Shown piece by piece: positions 54,039-63,570 of a stretch of DNA of 64,000 nt (positions within the stretch are counted from its first letter, which is position 1; every line of letters starts with the position of its first letter). The stretch comes from an uncultured Clostridia bacterium (GTDB lineage: Bacteria; Bacillota; Clostridia; Lachnospirales; Bianqueaceae): contig CALWPV010000026.1 in assembly GCA_944383515.1 (NCBI GenBank), positions 19,377 to 83,376 of the forward strand, read 5' to 3'. The position numbers and the translations under genes are program-made. The notes beneath the pieces were generated by a model. That model was not told the origin of the DNA. It searched no databases and worked only from the letters and a program-made list of their open reading frames with translations.

Positions 54039-57000
54039 CTAATCAACGGCTTTCATGGAATCCGTCATTCGAATCCGCTTGATTTTCACCCACATTAAAG
54101 CGTCAACTAAAAGCGAAAGAATGAGAGTAATGGCAATTGCCATAACAAAGCTAACCCAGGAAATTTCACGCCCAAACATGAGCTCGGGGCTTTCCGCAGT
54201 CACCACAATATAATAGTGTAGCCATACCCCTAATCCAGTACCGACTAAAGCTCCCAGAAAACTCAGAATATTGATTTCTCTGAAAATATAAGCGCCAACT
54301 TCGCGATAATGATACCCGAGTACGCGCAGCGTAGCCAGCTCTTTGAGCCTCTCGCTGATATTGATATTCGTTAGGTTATACAAAACGATCACAGCGAGAG
54401 CACAGGCCGCCACACTGATTACCACAACAATAAACGTTAAACTGGTAAGCAGATTGTCATAAGAACTTCGGCTCTGCGTCGTAAATTCACTACTGCTCAC
54501 CGATTCGCAATTTAGCAGATCGCTAATCACCTGCGTTTGCTGCTCTTCGCCGATTCCGGATTGTACAAGAAGCAAATTCGGACTCACCGTACCAAATGCC
54601 TCCTGGTACAGTTCACTTCCCATATAAACATAGATCCCGACATAGTTTTCTGTAATGCCAGTTACTTCACCTTCTAAACTTCTCCCGTTATTTTTCTCCA
54701 GCGTAATTGTATCGCCCACGGAAACTCCCAGCTCATTCGCCAGTTTTTCCGTAATAATCAGAGAACGCCCAGAAAAGGAAAGCTCCTCTTTTTCTTTTCT
54801 ATTGTACAAATGAATAAAGTCAGAAAGCGTATCCTCATTTTCCGTTGTCATCAGCGTAGCCGAAAGCGTATCGTCTTCTCCGACAATCGAAACCGAACTA
54901 CTCATCACCTCCATATAAGAACGGTCTTGCAGAAAAGTCTGCAATGTATCGTCCTGCGTACCATCTGTAGTAATCTGTAAATCATACCGAAGTACTTCTC
55001 CGTACTGTTTATCTACCATTTGATTCATAGAATCATTGAGGCCAAACGCCGCAAGCATTAACGCCGTGCAGCCGCTAATGCCAATAATCGTCATAAACAA
55101 ATGCTTTTTATAGCGAAAAATATTGCGCGCCGTTGCTTTATATGAAAAAGAAAGCCGCTTCCACAGCCAGTTCCATTTTTCCAAAAATATTCTCTGCCCC
55201 GCTTTAGGAACCCGTGGCAGCATTAAGTAAGCCGGCTTTTCTTTTAAAGAGTATAAGCAAGCTCCCATAGTGGCCCCTAAGGTGCAAAGAAATTCCGCCC
55301 CGCAAGATATCACGGCATAGAAAACGTCAAAACGCAATAACAACGGAGGAAGCTGAAACATGGTAGCATACGCGCTTTGAATCAGCGAAGGAAGCAGCCA
55401 AAAGCCCACGCCTAAGCCGATTAAACACCCCAAAACCGTTGCCAAGCCGCAATAAATCATATATTTAGACAAAATTTTGCCTTTAGAATATCCCAGCGCC
55501 TTCAGGGTTCCAATCTGGGTGCGTTCTTCTTCTACCATACGCGTCATGGTTGTCAGCGTTACCAGCGCCGCAATTAAAAAGAAGAAAACCGGAAATATTT
55601 TGGCAATATCGGCAACTTTTTCTACATTGATCTTATAGCTGGCATATCCCACATTGGAGCCTAAATCCAGCAGGTACCACCGGCTTTCCAGTTCGTCAAG
55701 CTGTGACTGAGAAGACCGTATCTGACGTTCTGCCTCTTCTAGCTCCTTTTCTGTATTGGCACGTTCTTCCTCCAGCTGCGTTACGCCTTTTTCGTATTCC
55801 GTCCAGCCCTGCTCTACCGATTGCAGACCCTGTTCATACTCTGTCACTCCTTGCCGGTAAGCAGCTAGCCCCTCTTCGTACGCCGTCTCTTGCTGCTCTA
55901 ACGTTGTTCTGCCCCCGCTCAGCTGTTCTTGAGCCAGTTCCAGTTTTACTTCCGCTTCAATGAGCTGACGATTCGCATCGGTTAGCTGCTCTTGCGTTGC
56001 GTCTAGCTGCGCTTTTCCCGCATCCAGCTGCGTTTTAGCCTCTGCCAGTTCCTTTTCTCCGCTCGCAATCTGTTCTTCTAACTGCGCAATGCCATTTTCA
56101 ATTTGCTCATACAATTTTACAATTTGCGACTCAGTTACATCTCCCTGACTCAAATAAGCAATCAGCTCGTCCAAAAACGCGGAACTGCCTTCCGGCAACA
56201 GTTCTTTTAGCTCTTCCAGCCGTGCTCGTAGCTGCTCTATATCGATTTGATTCCAATTAGTTAATTCTTCTTGCAGCGCAGCATAAATCTGCTTTAGCTG
56301 CTCCAGCTGCTCTCTAGCGGTTTGCAGATTGCTTTCCCCGACACGATACTGAATTACCGATTCCTGATACGTTTCATACGCCGCGTCATAAGCCGCTTTC
56401 CCGCTATCGTACCTGCTTTTGGCATCGTTATACTCTGTGACGCCACTTTCATACGTAGACTGCATGGCCTCCAGCTCTGCCCATCCGGCGTCCAGTTCGC
56501 TTCTGCCGTTTTGCAGCTGCGTCCAAGTCGCTTCTAACTGAACCTTGGCTTCCTGCAAATCTGACTCGCTCTGCTCTAATGTGGTCTTCGTATCCGCAAG
56601 CTGCTGCTCTGCCTGCGCTAATTCCTTCTCTGCCTGTGCTTTTCCGTTTTCCAGCTCCGTTTTGGCGCTTTCCAGCTCCTCCGCGGCCTCGTTATAAACC
56701 GATCGATACCGCGTTCCCGCTCTTTCATCGGCCACCGGCTGAATCACCTGCAGCTGCTCGTCAATATACTCTTCGTAGTCGTCTGAAAAATATTCGAACT
56801 CATTGGCCCCTGCTATTGTTAAATAAAAATCGGTATAAACGTCTAACGAAAAGCTCTCTTCACCCGTATAAAGAATGGCATCGACTTTACCGCTTCCAAT
56901 GGTGCTCGATTCCTTTTCTACCGATATATAAAAAGGATCGGTAACAATACCGACAACTGTAAACTGGTCTACCGCCAATCCGTCTCCATTTTCAACAACA

Positions 57001-57503
57001 GAAAGCTCGGTTCCTATTGGGAAATCCACTCGATTTCCCAGCGCCTGTAAAACCAGACACTCATTTGAGGATTCAGGCATTCGCCCTTCTACCAGCGTCA
57101 GCTGATTGATGCCCTCGGAAGACGCATTCTGCTCCAAATCGCTGCCGATTACCCGGACAGCCATATTCTCCTCGAGAGGCGTTTCGAGCATAACATCCTG
57201 AGAATAGGCCTTGACAAGGCCCTCTACTTCCGGCAGCGAGAGTAAAGCCTGCGCGTCTTCTTCTGTTAAACCCAGCGTAGACTTGATAAACGCGTCGCAT
57301 AAATTCTTTTCCGTATAGTACTGGCTCATAGACGCCTTTAAATCCGGCGTAGTGGATAAAATGCCCAGCAAAAAACCCACGCCCAGCGCTACAATGCCAA
57401 TAATCGCGATAAAGCGACCAAAGCTGCCTTTAATTTCTCTCAGAATGCATCGACCGTAAGCCGTGCCGAAGCGTCGCTCACGTCCTTGCTCTTTTTTTAC
57501 CAT
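54039..57503 (-). CDS. MacB/FtsX-type ABC transporter permease with two FtsX domains and a very long coiled-coil insert
   Basis: It has 8 predicted TMs in two 4-TM FtsX units (about aa 30-50 plus 640-760, and about 790-810 plus 1040-1154). Residues around 260-615 are heptad-rich and Gln/Glu/Ala/Leu-rich. Confidence 0.85.
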   Translation of the reverse strand: MVKKEQGRERRFGTAYGRCILREIKGSFGRFIAIIGIVALGVGFLLGILSTTPDLKASMSQYYTEKNLCDAFIKSTLGLTEEDAQALLSLPEVEGLVKAYSQDVMLETPLEENMAVRVIGSDLEQNASSEGINQLTLVEGRMPESSNECLVLQALGNRVDFPIGTELSVVENGDGLAVDQFTVVGIVTDPFYISVEKESSTIGSGKVDAILYTGEESFSLDVYTDFYLTIAGANEFEYFSDDYEEYIDEQLQVIQPVADERAGTRYRSVYNEAAEELESAKTELENGKAQAEKELAQAEQQLADTKTTLEQSESDLQEAKVQLEATWTQLQNGRSELDAGWAELEAMQSTYESGVTEYNDAKSRYDSGKAAYDAAYETYQESVIQYRVGESNLQTAREQLEQLKQIYAALQEELTNWNQIDIEQLRARLEELKELLPEGSSAFLDELIAYLSQGDVTESQIVKLYEQIENGIAQLEEQIASGEKELAEAKTQLDAGKAQLDATQEQLTDANRQLIEAEVKLELAQEQLSGGRTTLEQQETAYEEGLAAYRQGVTEYEQGLQSVEQGWTEYEKGVTQLEEERANTEKELEEAERQIRSSQSQLDELESRWYLLDLGSNVGYASYKINVEKVADIAKIFPVFFFLIAALVTLTTMTRMVEEERTQIGTLKALGYSKGKILSKYMIYCGLATVLGCLIGLGVGFWLLPSLIQSAYATMFQLPPLLLRFDVFYAVISCGAEFLCTLGATMGACLYSLKEKPAYLMLPRVPKAGQRIFLEKWNWLWKRLSFSYKATARNIFRYKKHLFMTIIGISGCTALMLAAFGLNDSMNQMVDKQYGEVLRYDLQITTDGTQDDTLQTFLQDRSYMEVMSSSVSIVGEDDTLSATLMTTENEDTLSDFIHLYNRKEKEELSFSGRSLIITEKLANELGVSVGDTITLEKNNGRSLEGEVTGITENYVGIYVYMGSELYQEAFGTVSPNLLLVQSGIGEEQQTQVISDLLNCESVSSSEFTTQSRSSYDNLLTSLTFIVVVISVAACALAVIVLYNLTNINISERLKELATLRVLGYHYREVGAYIFREINILSFLGALVGTGLGVWLHYYIVVTAESPELMFGREISWVSFVMAIAITLILSLLVDALMWVKIKRIRMTDSMKAVD

Positions 57504-58207
57504 TCGATCTCCTCCACCGAAGTAGGATTCTCATTCAATTCCATTTTACTGACTTGACCATTCCTAATGTGGATGACTCGATCTGCCATTGCCGTCAGCG
57601 CCTGATTATGTGTAATGACAATAACGGTTTTTCCCGTCTCTCGGCAGCAGTCCTGCAAAAGCTTTAAAATTGTTTTACCGGTGTGATAATCCAGCGCGCC
57701 GGTCGGCTCGTCACATAAAAGAATTTTAGGGTTTTTCGCAATAGCTCTGGCAATAGAAACCCGCTGCTGCTCACCGCCGGATAGCTGCGCTGGAAAATTA
57801 TACATGCGCTCCTGTAATCCCACCGACGCAAGCGCCCCTTTAGGATCCAGCGGATCCTTACAAATCTCGGAAGCCAGCTCCACATTTTCCAGCGCCGTTA
57901 AATTTTGTACCAAATTATAAAACTGAAATACAAAACCAACATCATACCGCCTGTAATCGGTTAGCTCCTTTTCGCTCAGTGTGCTAATATCGACGCCATC
58001 GACTAACATTTTCCCGCTATCGCAGGAATCCATACCGCCCAGCATATTCAGAACCGTTGTTTTTCCGGCCCCACTGGGGCCAACAATGACACAAAATTCG
58101 CCCTGCCCAATCTGAAAAGAGATATGGTCCGAAGCCGCAATTTTCTGATCGCCCATCTGGTAGTATTTGCAGACGTCTTTAAATTCAACAAACATAGGAG
58201 CACTCAT
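57497..58207 (-). CDS. ABC transporter ATP-binding protein (MacB/LolD-like)
   Basis: It has Walker [10 protein letters not shown], the signature LSGGEQQR and Walker [12 protein letters not shown]. Its stop overlaps the permease start. Confidence 0.93.
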   Translation of the reverse strand: MSAPMFVEFKDVCKYYQMGDQKIAASDHISFQIGQGEFCVIVGPSGAGKTTVLNMLGGMDSCDSGKMLVDGVDISTLSEKELTDYRRYDVGFVFQFYNLVQNLTALENVELASEICKDPLDPKGALASVGLQERMYNFPAQLSGGEQQRVSIARAIAKNPKILLCDEPTGALDYHTGKTILKLLQDCCRETGKTVIVITHNQALTAMADRVIHIRNGQVSKMELNENPTSVEEIEW

Positions 58208-58212
58208 TATTT

Positions 58213-58929
58213 CTAATCCTCTTTCCCCTGTTCCGGTTCTTCTTTACGATACCGCTTAAATCCCGGATGCCTTCCCGTTACTTTATATTGTGAACGCATA
58301 GAAATTAAACGATCGATATTCTCTTTTGAAATTTCCTTCTCGCCGCCTAATAAATGCGCCACTAAGCTGATTTTAGCCCAAAGCTCTAACGTTTCCATAC
58401 GGTAATAGGCTGTAATCAAATCAGCGCCAACGGTCAGCGCGCCATGGTTTTCCAGCAGCATAACATCGTGCTCCTGCAAATACGGCCGAATCGCGTTAGG
58501 AACCTCTTCCGTGGAAGGTGTGCCATACGGCGTAACCGGTACGCTACCTACGGCAATAATGCTCTCGATCATGGTATAGCGATCCATGTCCAGATGCGCT
58601 ACGGCAAATCCCGTGGCAGTCGGCGGATGCGCGTGAACAACCGCGCCTACGTCGTCACGCTCCTGATAGCAGCAAAGGTGCATTTTAATCTCAGAAGACG
58701 GTTTATAACCTTCTTCTGCCTCCAGTACCGTTCCCAAGCCGTCAATTCTCACCAGCTTGTCCGGTGTAATAAAGCTTTTACTAATACCCGTAGGCGTGGC
58801 TAAAAATGTGCCGTCGCCCAGACGAACGGACACATTGCCGTCATTAGCGGCGACCCAGCCTTGCTGCCACATTTTATGGCATACATCGCATATCTGTTCT
58901 TTTACTCCGTTTAATTCTTCTTTTGTCAT
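58213..58929 (-). CDS. class II aldolase/adducin-family protein
   Basis: It has Zn-binding His motifs (VVHAHPP) and the family fold. Its substrate is unknown. Confidence 0.85.
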   Translation of the reverse strand: MTKEELNGVKEQICDVCHKMWQQGWVAANDGNVSVRLGDGTFLATPTGISKSFITPDKLVRIDGLGTVLEAEEGYKPSSEIKMHLCCYQERDDVGAVVHAHPPTATGFAVAHLDMDRYTMIESIIAVGSVPVTPYGTPSTEEVPNAIRPYLQEHDVMLLENHGALTVGADLITAYYRMETLELWAKISLVAHLLGGEKEISKENIDRLISMRSQYKVTGRHPGFKRYRKEEPEQGKED

Positions 58930-59110
58930 TTCGTACTCCTCCTCGCAAATAAAAATCCGTTTGATTTCATTATAAGCTTTCCTCTAAAGAGCAGTCAAGC
59001 TAAAAGTTATGTCCTATTTATGAATATTTTTCTTTTTCTCTTGATTTTTTTCCTGATTCAGGATATAGTGAGAGATACATTAGATTATACTACCAAGGAG
59101 GTTCAATCAT

Positions 59111-59317
59111 ATGAAAGACGTATATGAAGACAGAATTATCTGTAACTGCAAAAAGGTATACTATTCCGACATTGTCAAAGCACTGCAGCAAGGAAGCAAC
59201 CTTAGCGAAATTGAAGAAGAATTCAAACGAGTTCAGGAAATCACCAAAGCTTCCACCGGATGCGGCGGCTGCCACGACAAGGTTCTGGATGTCATTTCTG
59301 AAATTCTCAATCCTTGA
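59111..59317 (+). CDS. BFD-like [2Fe-2S]-binding domain protein
   Basis: It is 68 aa with a CNC...GCGGC cysteine pattern. AAGGAGG lies upstream. Confidence 0.75.
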   Translation: MKDVYEDRIICNCKKVYYSDIVKALQQGSNLSEIEEEFKRVQEITKASTGCGGCHDKVLDVISEILNP

Positions 59318-59336
59318 TATTTTCAGCATAGTAATA

Positions 59337-59369
59337 GGGCAAGGCGCTAGCGGCGTCTTGCCCGTTTTT
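59337..59369 (+). terminator. intrinsic terminator after the BFD-like gene
   Basis: The stem GGGCAAG.../...CTTGCCC is followed by GTTTTT. Confidence 0.65.
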
Positions 59370-59371
59370 GC

Positions 59372-59944
59372 TTAATGCACTTTTTTCATTCCGTTATGAA
59401 AATTCACCTCGTCCAGCGCTTCGCCAAATCGTTGGAAATGAATCACTTCTCGCTGCCGGAGAAAACGAAGCGGCTCTAACAAATCCGGATCATCGGTTTG
59501 CATCATTAAATGCTCATACGTTGTTCTGGCCTTTTGCTCTGCCGCCATATCCTCGTGCAAATTGGTGACCGGATCGTCCATCGACTGAAAATACGCTGTC
59601 GTGAAGGGAACCCCATTGGCATCAGCCGGAAATACGGCGCGTCCGTGCTGCGTAAAATACCCGGCCAGCCCCGCTTCTTGCAGCTGCTTGGGTGTTGCCC
59701 CCTCCATAAGCTGATACATCATGGTAGAGATCATTTCTACATGCGCCAGCTCCTCCGTGGCAATATCCGTTAACAGACCTTTAATTTTACCGGTTGGCAT
59801 TGTATAGCGCTGATTCATATACCGCAAACTGGCCGCCAGCTCTCCGTCCGGTCCGCCCAGCTGCGCTGCCAGCACCTTGGCCATTTTCAAATCGCATCGC
59901 TTAATGTGAATCGGATATTGTAGCTTTTTTTCATAATACCACAT
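59372..59944 (-). CDS. cotJC: manganese-catalase-family spore coat protein CotJC
   Basis: It contains MWYYEKKLQYP, GELAASLRYMNQRY and EELAHVE. Confidence 0.92.
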   Translation of the reverse strand: MWYYEKKLQYPIHIKRCDLKMAKVLAAQLGGPDGELAASLRYMNQRYTMPTGKIKGLLTDIATEELAHVEMISTMMYQLMEGATPKQLQEAGLAGYFTQHGRAVFPADANGVPFTTAYFQSMDDPVTNLHEDMAAEQKARTTYEHLMMQTDDPDLLEPLRFLRQREVIHFQRFGEALDEVNFHNGMKKVH

Positions 59945-59956
59945 GCTTCGTACCTC

Positions 59957-60307
59957 CTATCGTCCGGTCATAAAATTTTTCTGCCAGGGCCATGGCTCTT
60001 CCGTCCATTGCCAAGGAAACTCACTGCTCTGGTAGCCATTATTGATAATGGGCCCAAAGGCCTGATAATACTGCTCTTTCAGCTCCATACTCAGCTGGCT
60101 AAGGGAGTTGAAGTCTTCTAACGCAGCGCCGCAGTCTGGGTGCATATCCAGATACAGCTGTAAGTCATTGATTAAAAAATCGGTTCGCTGAATATCCCAA
60201 AGCAGCTTCGCGCGGTCTACCGGCATGGCGCATTGACATCCTCCATTGCCTCTGGCCTGCCGATTTCCTTGGGAATTGCCCTCCCACTGCCTATATCCAT
60301 AATTCAT
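59957..60307 (-). CDS. cotJB: spore coat protein CotJB
   Basis: It has the conserved LLWDIQRTDFLINDLQLYLDMHPDC core. The start was trimmed to the ATG after AAGGAGG. Confidence 0.85.
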   Translation of the reverse strand: MNYGYRQWEGNSQGNRQARGNGGCQCAMPVDRAKLLWDIQRTDFLINDLQLYLDMHPDCGAALEDFNSLSQLSMELKEQYYQAFGPIINNGYQSSEFPWQWTEEPWPWQKNFMTGR

Positions 60308-60320
60308 TTTTAATTCCTCC

Positions 60321-60740
60321 TTAACATGAGCAGGACTTTCCTGCTTGCCATGGGTCATATAAATTATTGAAGGCGCTGCCTCGAAGAAGCGCTTCCTCCG
60401 GATTAACCAGCCCTGTATACGGCTGGGGGTTAACATAGGCCGCTCCCAGCGGTAAATCTTCGCACAGGCTATCTACCGCGCACTGCGGCTGCCTCTGCCT
60501 CGTCATAGTGCCATATCGCTGGTTGCTTCCACTTTGCGCGCCGCGCTGACTGCCACAGCATGCACTTCCCATTTGCCCTGTCGGCACGGTTCGGATCGGA
60601 TAGGGCTCTGTCTTCCTACACGATGAAGAAGCGCCTCGTCCGCTCTCTCTTTCGGCGCCTTGCTGATAGGCCTGTTGCTGCTCCATATACTGCCGCGCCG
60701 TTCCCATATACATGCGCTGCTGATTGGCGCAAATTGCCAT
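60321..60740 (-). CDS. cotJA: CotJA-like spore coat-associated protein with a long N-terminal extension
   Basis: It has a C-terminal CotJA-like core (LGAAYVNPQPY...EEALLRGSAFNNLYDPW). GGAGGG lies upstream. It occupies the first position of the cotJABC order. Confidence 0.7.
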   Translation of the reverse strand: MAICANQQRMYMGTARQYMEQQQAYQQGAERESGRGASSSCRKTEPYPIRTVPTGQMGSACCGSQRGAQSGSNQRYGTMTRQRQPQCAVDSLCEDLPLGAAYVNPQPYTGLVNPEEALLRGSAFNNLYDPWQAGKSCSC

Positions 60741-60862
60741 AATGGATTCCCTCCTCGTCTTTCAATTTTTTAAGAAGTTTTTCTTCTCTGGTTTTAAGAT
60801 ATGTGCCAGCCTTCGGGTCTGACACTCGAAATCAAGCATTACATACTGAAATGGAGATTACT

Positions 60863-61375
60863 ATGCACCGCATCGGACTCTATCTTTTCTGTCAAAACAG
60901 CCCTCTTTCCGTTTCTGAACGCATTGCGCGGGCTATGGAATTATTTGATCCTTCTTTCCCGCTGGCGGGGCAAAAAATAAAAAAAACGCCGCGAGGAAAA
61001 CCTGAGTTTAAACAGGAGGGGGCCTTCCTTTCAATTAGCCACAGCGGCAAGTACTGGCTGCTGGGGCTGGCGCATATACCCCTGGGGGTAGACGTGCAGC
61101 AGCCTCGTCCGGCCCGCTTCGAAGCGATTGCGCGTCGTTTTTTTCACCCGGAAGAAACGGCTTATTTGGCCTCCGCTGCGTATCGTGAATTTTATACCAT
61201 ATGGACTCAAAAAGAAAGCTATGTCAAACTTACGGGAACCGGCATTGATTCTGGATTTCGCCATTTCTCGGTATTTCAGCTTCCCGTTCATTTCTCTACC
61301 TTAACCTTGCCAGATGGCTATGTTATTTCTGCCTGCTCAACCACTTCGCACCAGCCCATATTAAAATTATTTTAA
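60863..61375 (+). CDS. Sfp-type 4'-phosphopantetheinyl transferase (short, 170 aa)
   Basis: It carries GKPEF, ISHSG, GVDVQ and WTQKESYVKLTG motifs. The start was trimmed to the ATG after GGAG. Confidence 0.75.
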   Translation: MHRIGLYLFCQNSPLSVSERIARAMELFDPSFPLAGQKIKKTPRGKPEFKQEGAFLSISHSGKYWLLGLAHIPLGVDVQQPRPARFEAIARRFFHPEETAYLASAAYREFYTIWTQKESYVKLTGTGIDSGFRHFSVFQLPVHFSTLTLPDGYVISACSTTSHQPILKLF

Positions 61376-61508
61376 AAAACGGTTCAAAAGACTTGCTTTT
61401 TAAAACTTAGTGTGGTATAGTAATGACAAGATGCAAACGATTGTAAGCTTGTTTTTATGTCAATTGCTGTCTTACAATTCGCATATTTACACTGAGGAGG
61501 TTTTTCCC

Positions 61509-62354
61509 ATGTACAATTTTCCTATCGGCGTCATCTTGGATTCATTCCGCACCGACATTCCTACCGCATTAGCGAAAGCGGAAGCTGTGGGTGCCAATGG
61601 TTTGCAGGTTTATGCTACCACGGGTGAAATGAGTCCTGAAAACTTAGTTGGCGCAAAAAGAAAAGAATTTAAAGATATGGTTGCTTCTCATGGTTTGGAG
61701 ATTTCCGCTCTGTGTGGTGATTTGGGTGAAGGATTTACCAATCCCCAGAAAAATCCCGCTTTAATTGAAAAGTCCAAAAGAATTCTGGATTTAGCAGTGG
61801 AGCTGGGTACCAATGTAGTTACCACTCACATCGGTGTTGTTCCGAACGATCCCCGGCATCCCCGTTACGCCATTATGCAAGACGCGTGTGGTGAACTGGC
61901 TGAGTATGCTGATTCTCTTAACGCTCACTTTGCGATTGAGACGGGACCTGAAGTTGCTACCACGCTGCGCTGCTTCTTAGACGGGCTGCACAGCACCGGC
62001 GTAGCCGTTAATTTAGACCCCGCTAATTTTGTTATGGTAACAGGCGATGACCCCGTACGCGCTGTGTATACGCTGCGTGAATACATCGTTCATACCCATG
62101 CGAAAGATGGCGTTCGGTTCTATGCCGAAGATCCGATTGTTGTGTATAGCGGTCATTCTGCGGAAGACGTAATCGTTACCTCTGCTGCTTTTGAAGAAAA
62201 AGCACTGGGCGACGGCGCGGTGGATTTTGATCGGTATCTGCAGGCGCTGGAAGATATCGGATATCGCGGATATCTGACAATCGAGCGCGAAGTAGGCGAC
62301 AATCCGGAAGCGGATATTGCGAAAGCCGTTGCTTTCCTAAAAAGCAAGTTTTAA
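61509..62354 (+). CDS. sugar phosphate isomerase/epimerase (xylose-isomerase-like TIM barrel)
   Basis: It shows family features (HFAIETG, NLDPANF, EDIGYRGYLTIE). The start was trimmed to the ATG after GGAGG. Confidence 0.85.
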   Translation: MYNFPIGVILDSFRTDIPTALAKAEAVGANGLQVYATTGEMSPENLVGAKRKEFKDMVASHGLEISALCGDLGEGFTNPQKNPALIEKSKRILDLAVELGTNVVTTHIGVVPNDPRHPRYAIMQDACGELAEYADSLNAHFAIETGPEVATTLRCFLDGLHSTGVAVNLDPANFVMVTGDDPVRAVYTLREYIVHTHAKDGVRFYAEDPIVVYSGHSAEDVIVTSAAFEEKALGDGAVDFDRYLQALEDIGYRGYLTIEREVGDNPEADIAKAVAFLKSKF

Positions 62355-62390
62355 TAAACTGCAAAAAAATTGATAAAGGAGACGATTCCA

Positions 62391-63461
62391 ATGGACAACA
62401 AACTTAAAGTTGCAATTGTAGGTACTGGTACCATTTCTAACATGCATATCCAGTCCTACCTGAACAATCCGAACGTAGATCTGTATGCGTTCTGCGATCT
62501 GGACGAAGAAAAAGTTAAAAGAATGGGTGAACAGTATGGTGTTACCCGTCTTTACACCGATGAAGAGACCATGCTGAAAGAGCTGCCGGAAATCGACGCC
62601 GTTAGCATTTGTGTATGGAATAGCAACCATATGCCCTGTACGGTTATGGCGCTGAACTATGGCAAACATGTTCTGTGCGAAAAACCCATGGCTACTTCCG
62701 CTGAGGAAGGCCGTCAGATGAAGGCTGCTGCCGACAAGGCTGGCAAGCTGCTGATGATCGGTTTTGTTCGTCGTTATGGTAATGATACCGCTATTTTCAA
62801 AGATTTCCAAGATCAGGATTACTTTGGTGAAATTTACTGGGCTAAAGCACAGTATATTCGTCGTAATGGTAACCCCGGCGGCTGGTTCGGTGAGAAAGCT
62901 AAATCCGGTGGCGGTCCTCTGATCGATCTGGGTGTACATGTTATCGACCTGACCCGTTATATGCTGGGCAACCCCAAACCGGTATCTGTTTATGGCGCTA
63001 CCTTCCAGAAGCTGTTTGACCGCCGCAATCTGAAGACTCCGAAAGGATATGTTTCTTCTTCTCATACCGACCATGACATTTGCGACGTAGAAGATGCCGC
63101 TACGGCTCTGATTCGTTACGACAATGGCGCGGTTGTTCAGGTTGAGGTTTCCTTCTCCTTGAACGTTGAAAAAGAAAGCGGCATTATTGAACTGTTCGGT
63201 ACCAAGGGCGGTGCTAAGATCGATCCCGAATTGAAACTGTTCAGCGAAGCAAACGGTTACATGACCAACACGACGCTGGAAGCAAAAACCGCTATGAACA
63301 TGGGCGTTATCTTCCAGAACGAAATTAACCATTTCGTAGACTGCATTCAGAATGGTACGCAGTGCAAATCTCCTGCTGAGGACGGTATTACCTTAATGGA
63401 GATTCTGGACGCGATCTTCGAGTCTGCTCGTACAGGCCACGAGGTTATTATTGGTCAGTAA
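62391..63461 (+). CDS. Gfo/Idh/MocA-family NAD(P)-dependent oxidoreductase
   Basis: It has an N-terminal Rossmann motif VAIVGTGTIS and the EKP motif (LCEKPMA). The start was trimmed to the ATG after AAAGGAG. Confidence 0.9.
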   Translation: MDNKLKVAIVGTGTISNMHIQSYLNNPNVDLYAFCDLDEEKVKRMGEQYGVTRLYTDEETMLKELPEIDAVSICVWNSNHMPCTVMALNYGKHVLCEKPMATSAEEGRQMKAAADKAGKLLMIGFVRRYGNDTAIFKDFQDQDYFGEIYWAKAQYIRRNGNPGGWFGEKAKSGGGPLIDLGVHVIDLTRYMLGNPKPVSVYGATFQKLFDRRNLKTPKGYVSSSHTDHDICDVEDAATALIRYDNGAVVQVEVSFSLNVEKESGIIELFGTKGGAKIDPELKLFSEANGYMTNTTLEAKTAMNMGVIFQNEINHFVDCIQNGTQCKSPAEDGITLMEILDAIFESARTGHEVIIGQ

Positions 63462-63570
63462 TTGATCTGAGATCATTTCTTGTTCAACTTGGCAAAGGCG
63501 GATGCCCTGCACCTGCCTTTGCCATATCTGTATATTATGATTTTATCAATGAATCCGGAGGATTACCACT

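Noticed and set aside
62337-63332. A 331-aa ORF on the - strand, antisense to the Gfo/Idh/MocA oxidoreductase gene.
   Set aside because: The sense-strand gene has a clear Rossmann motif, an EKP motif and an RBS. The antisense product is low-complexity (Asn/Phe/Val/Ile-rich) with no start context. I treat it as a shadow ORF.
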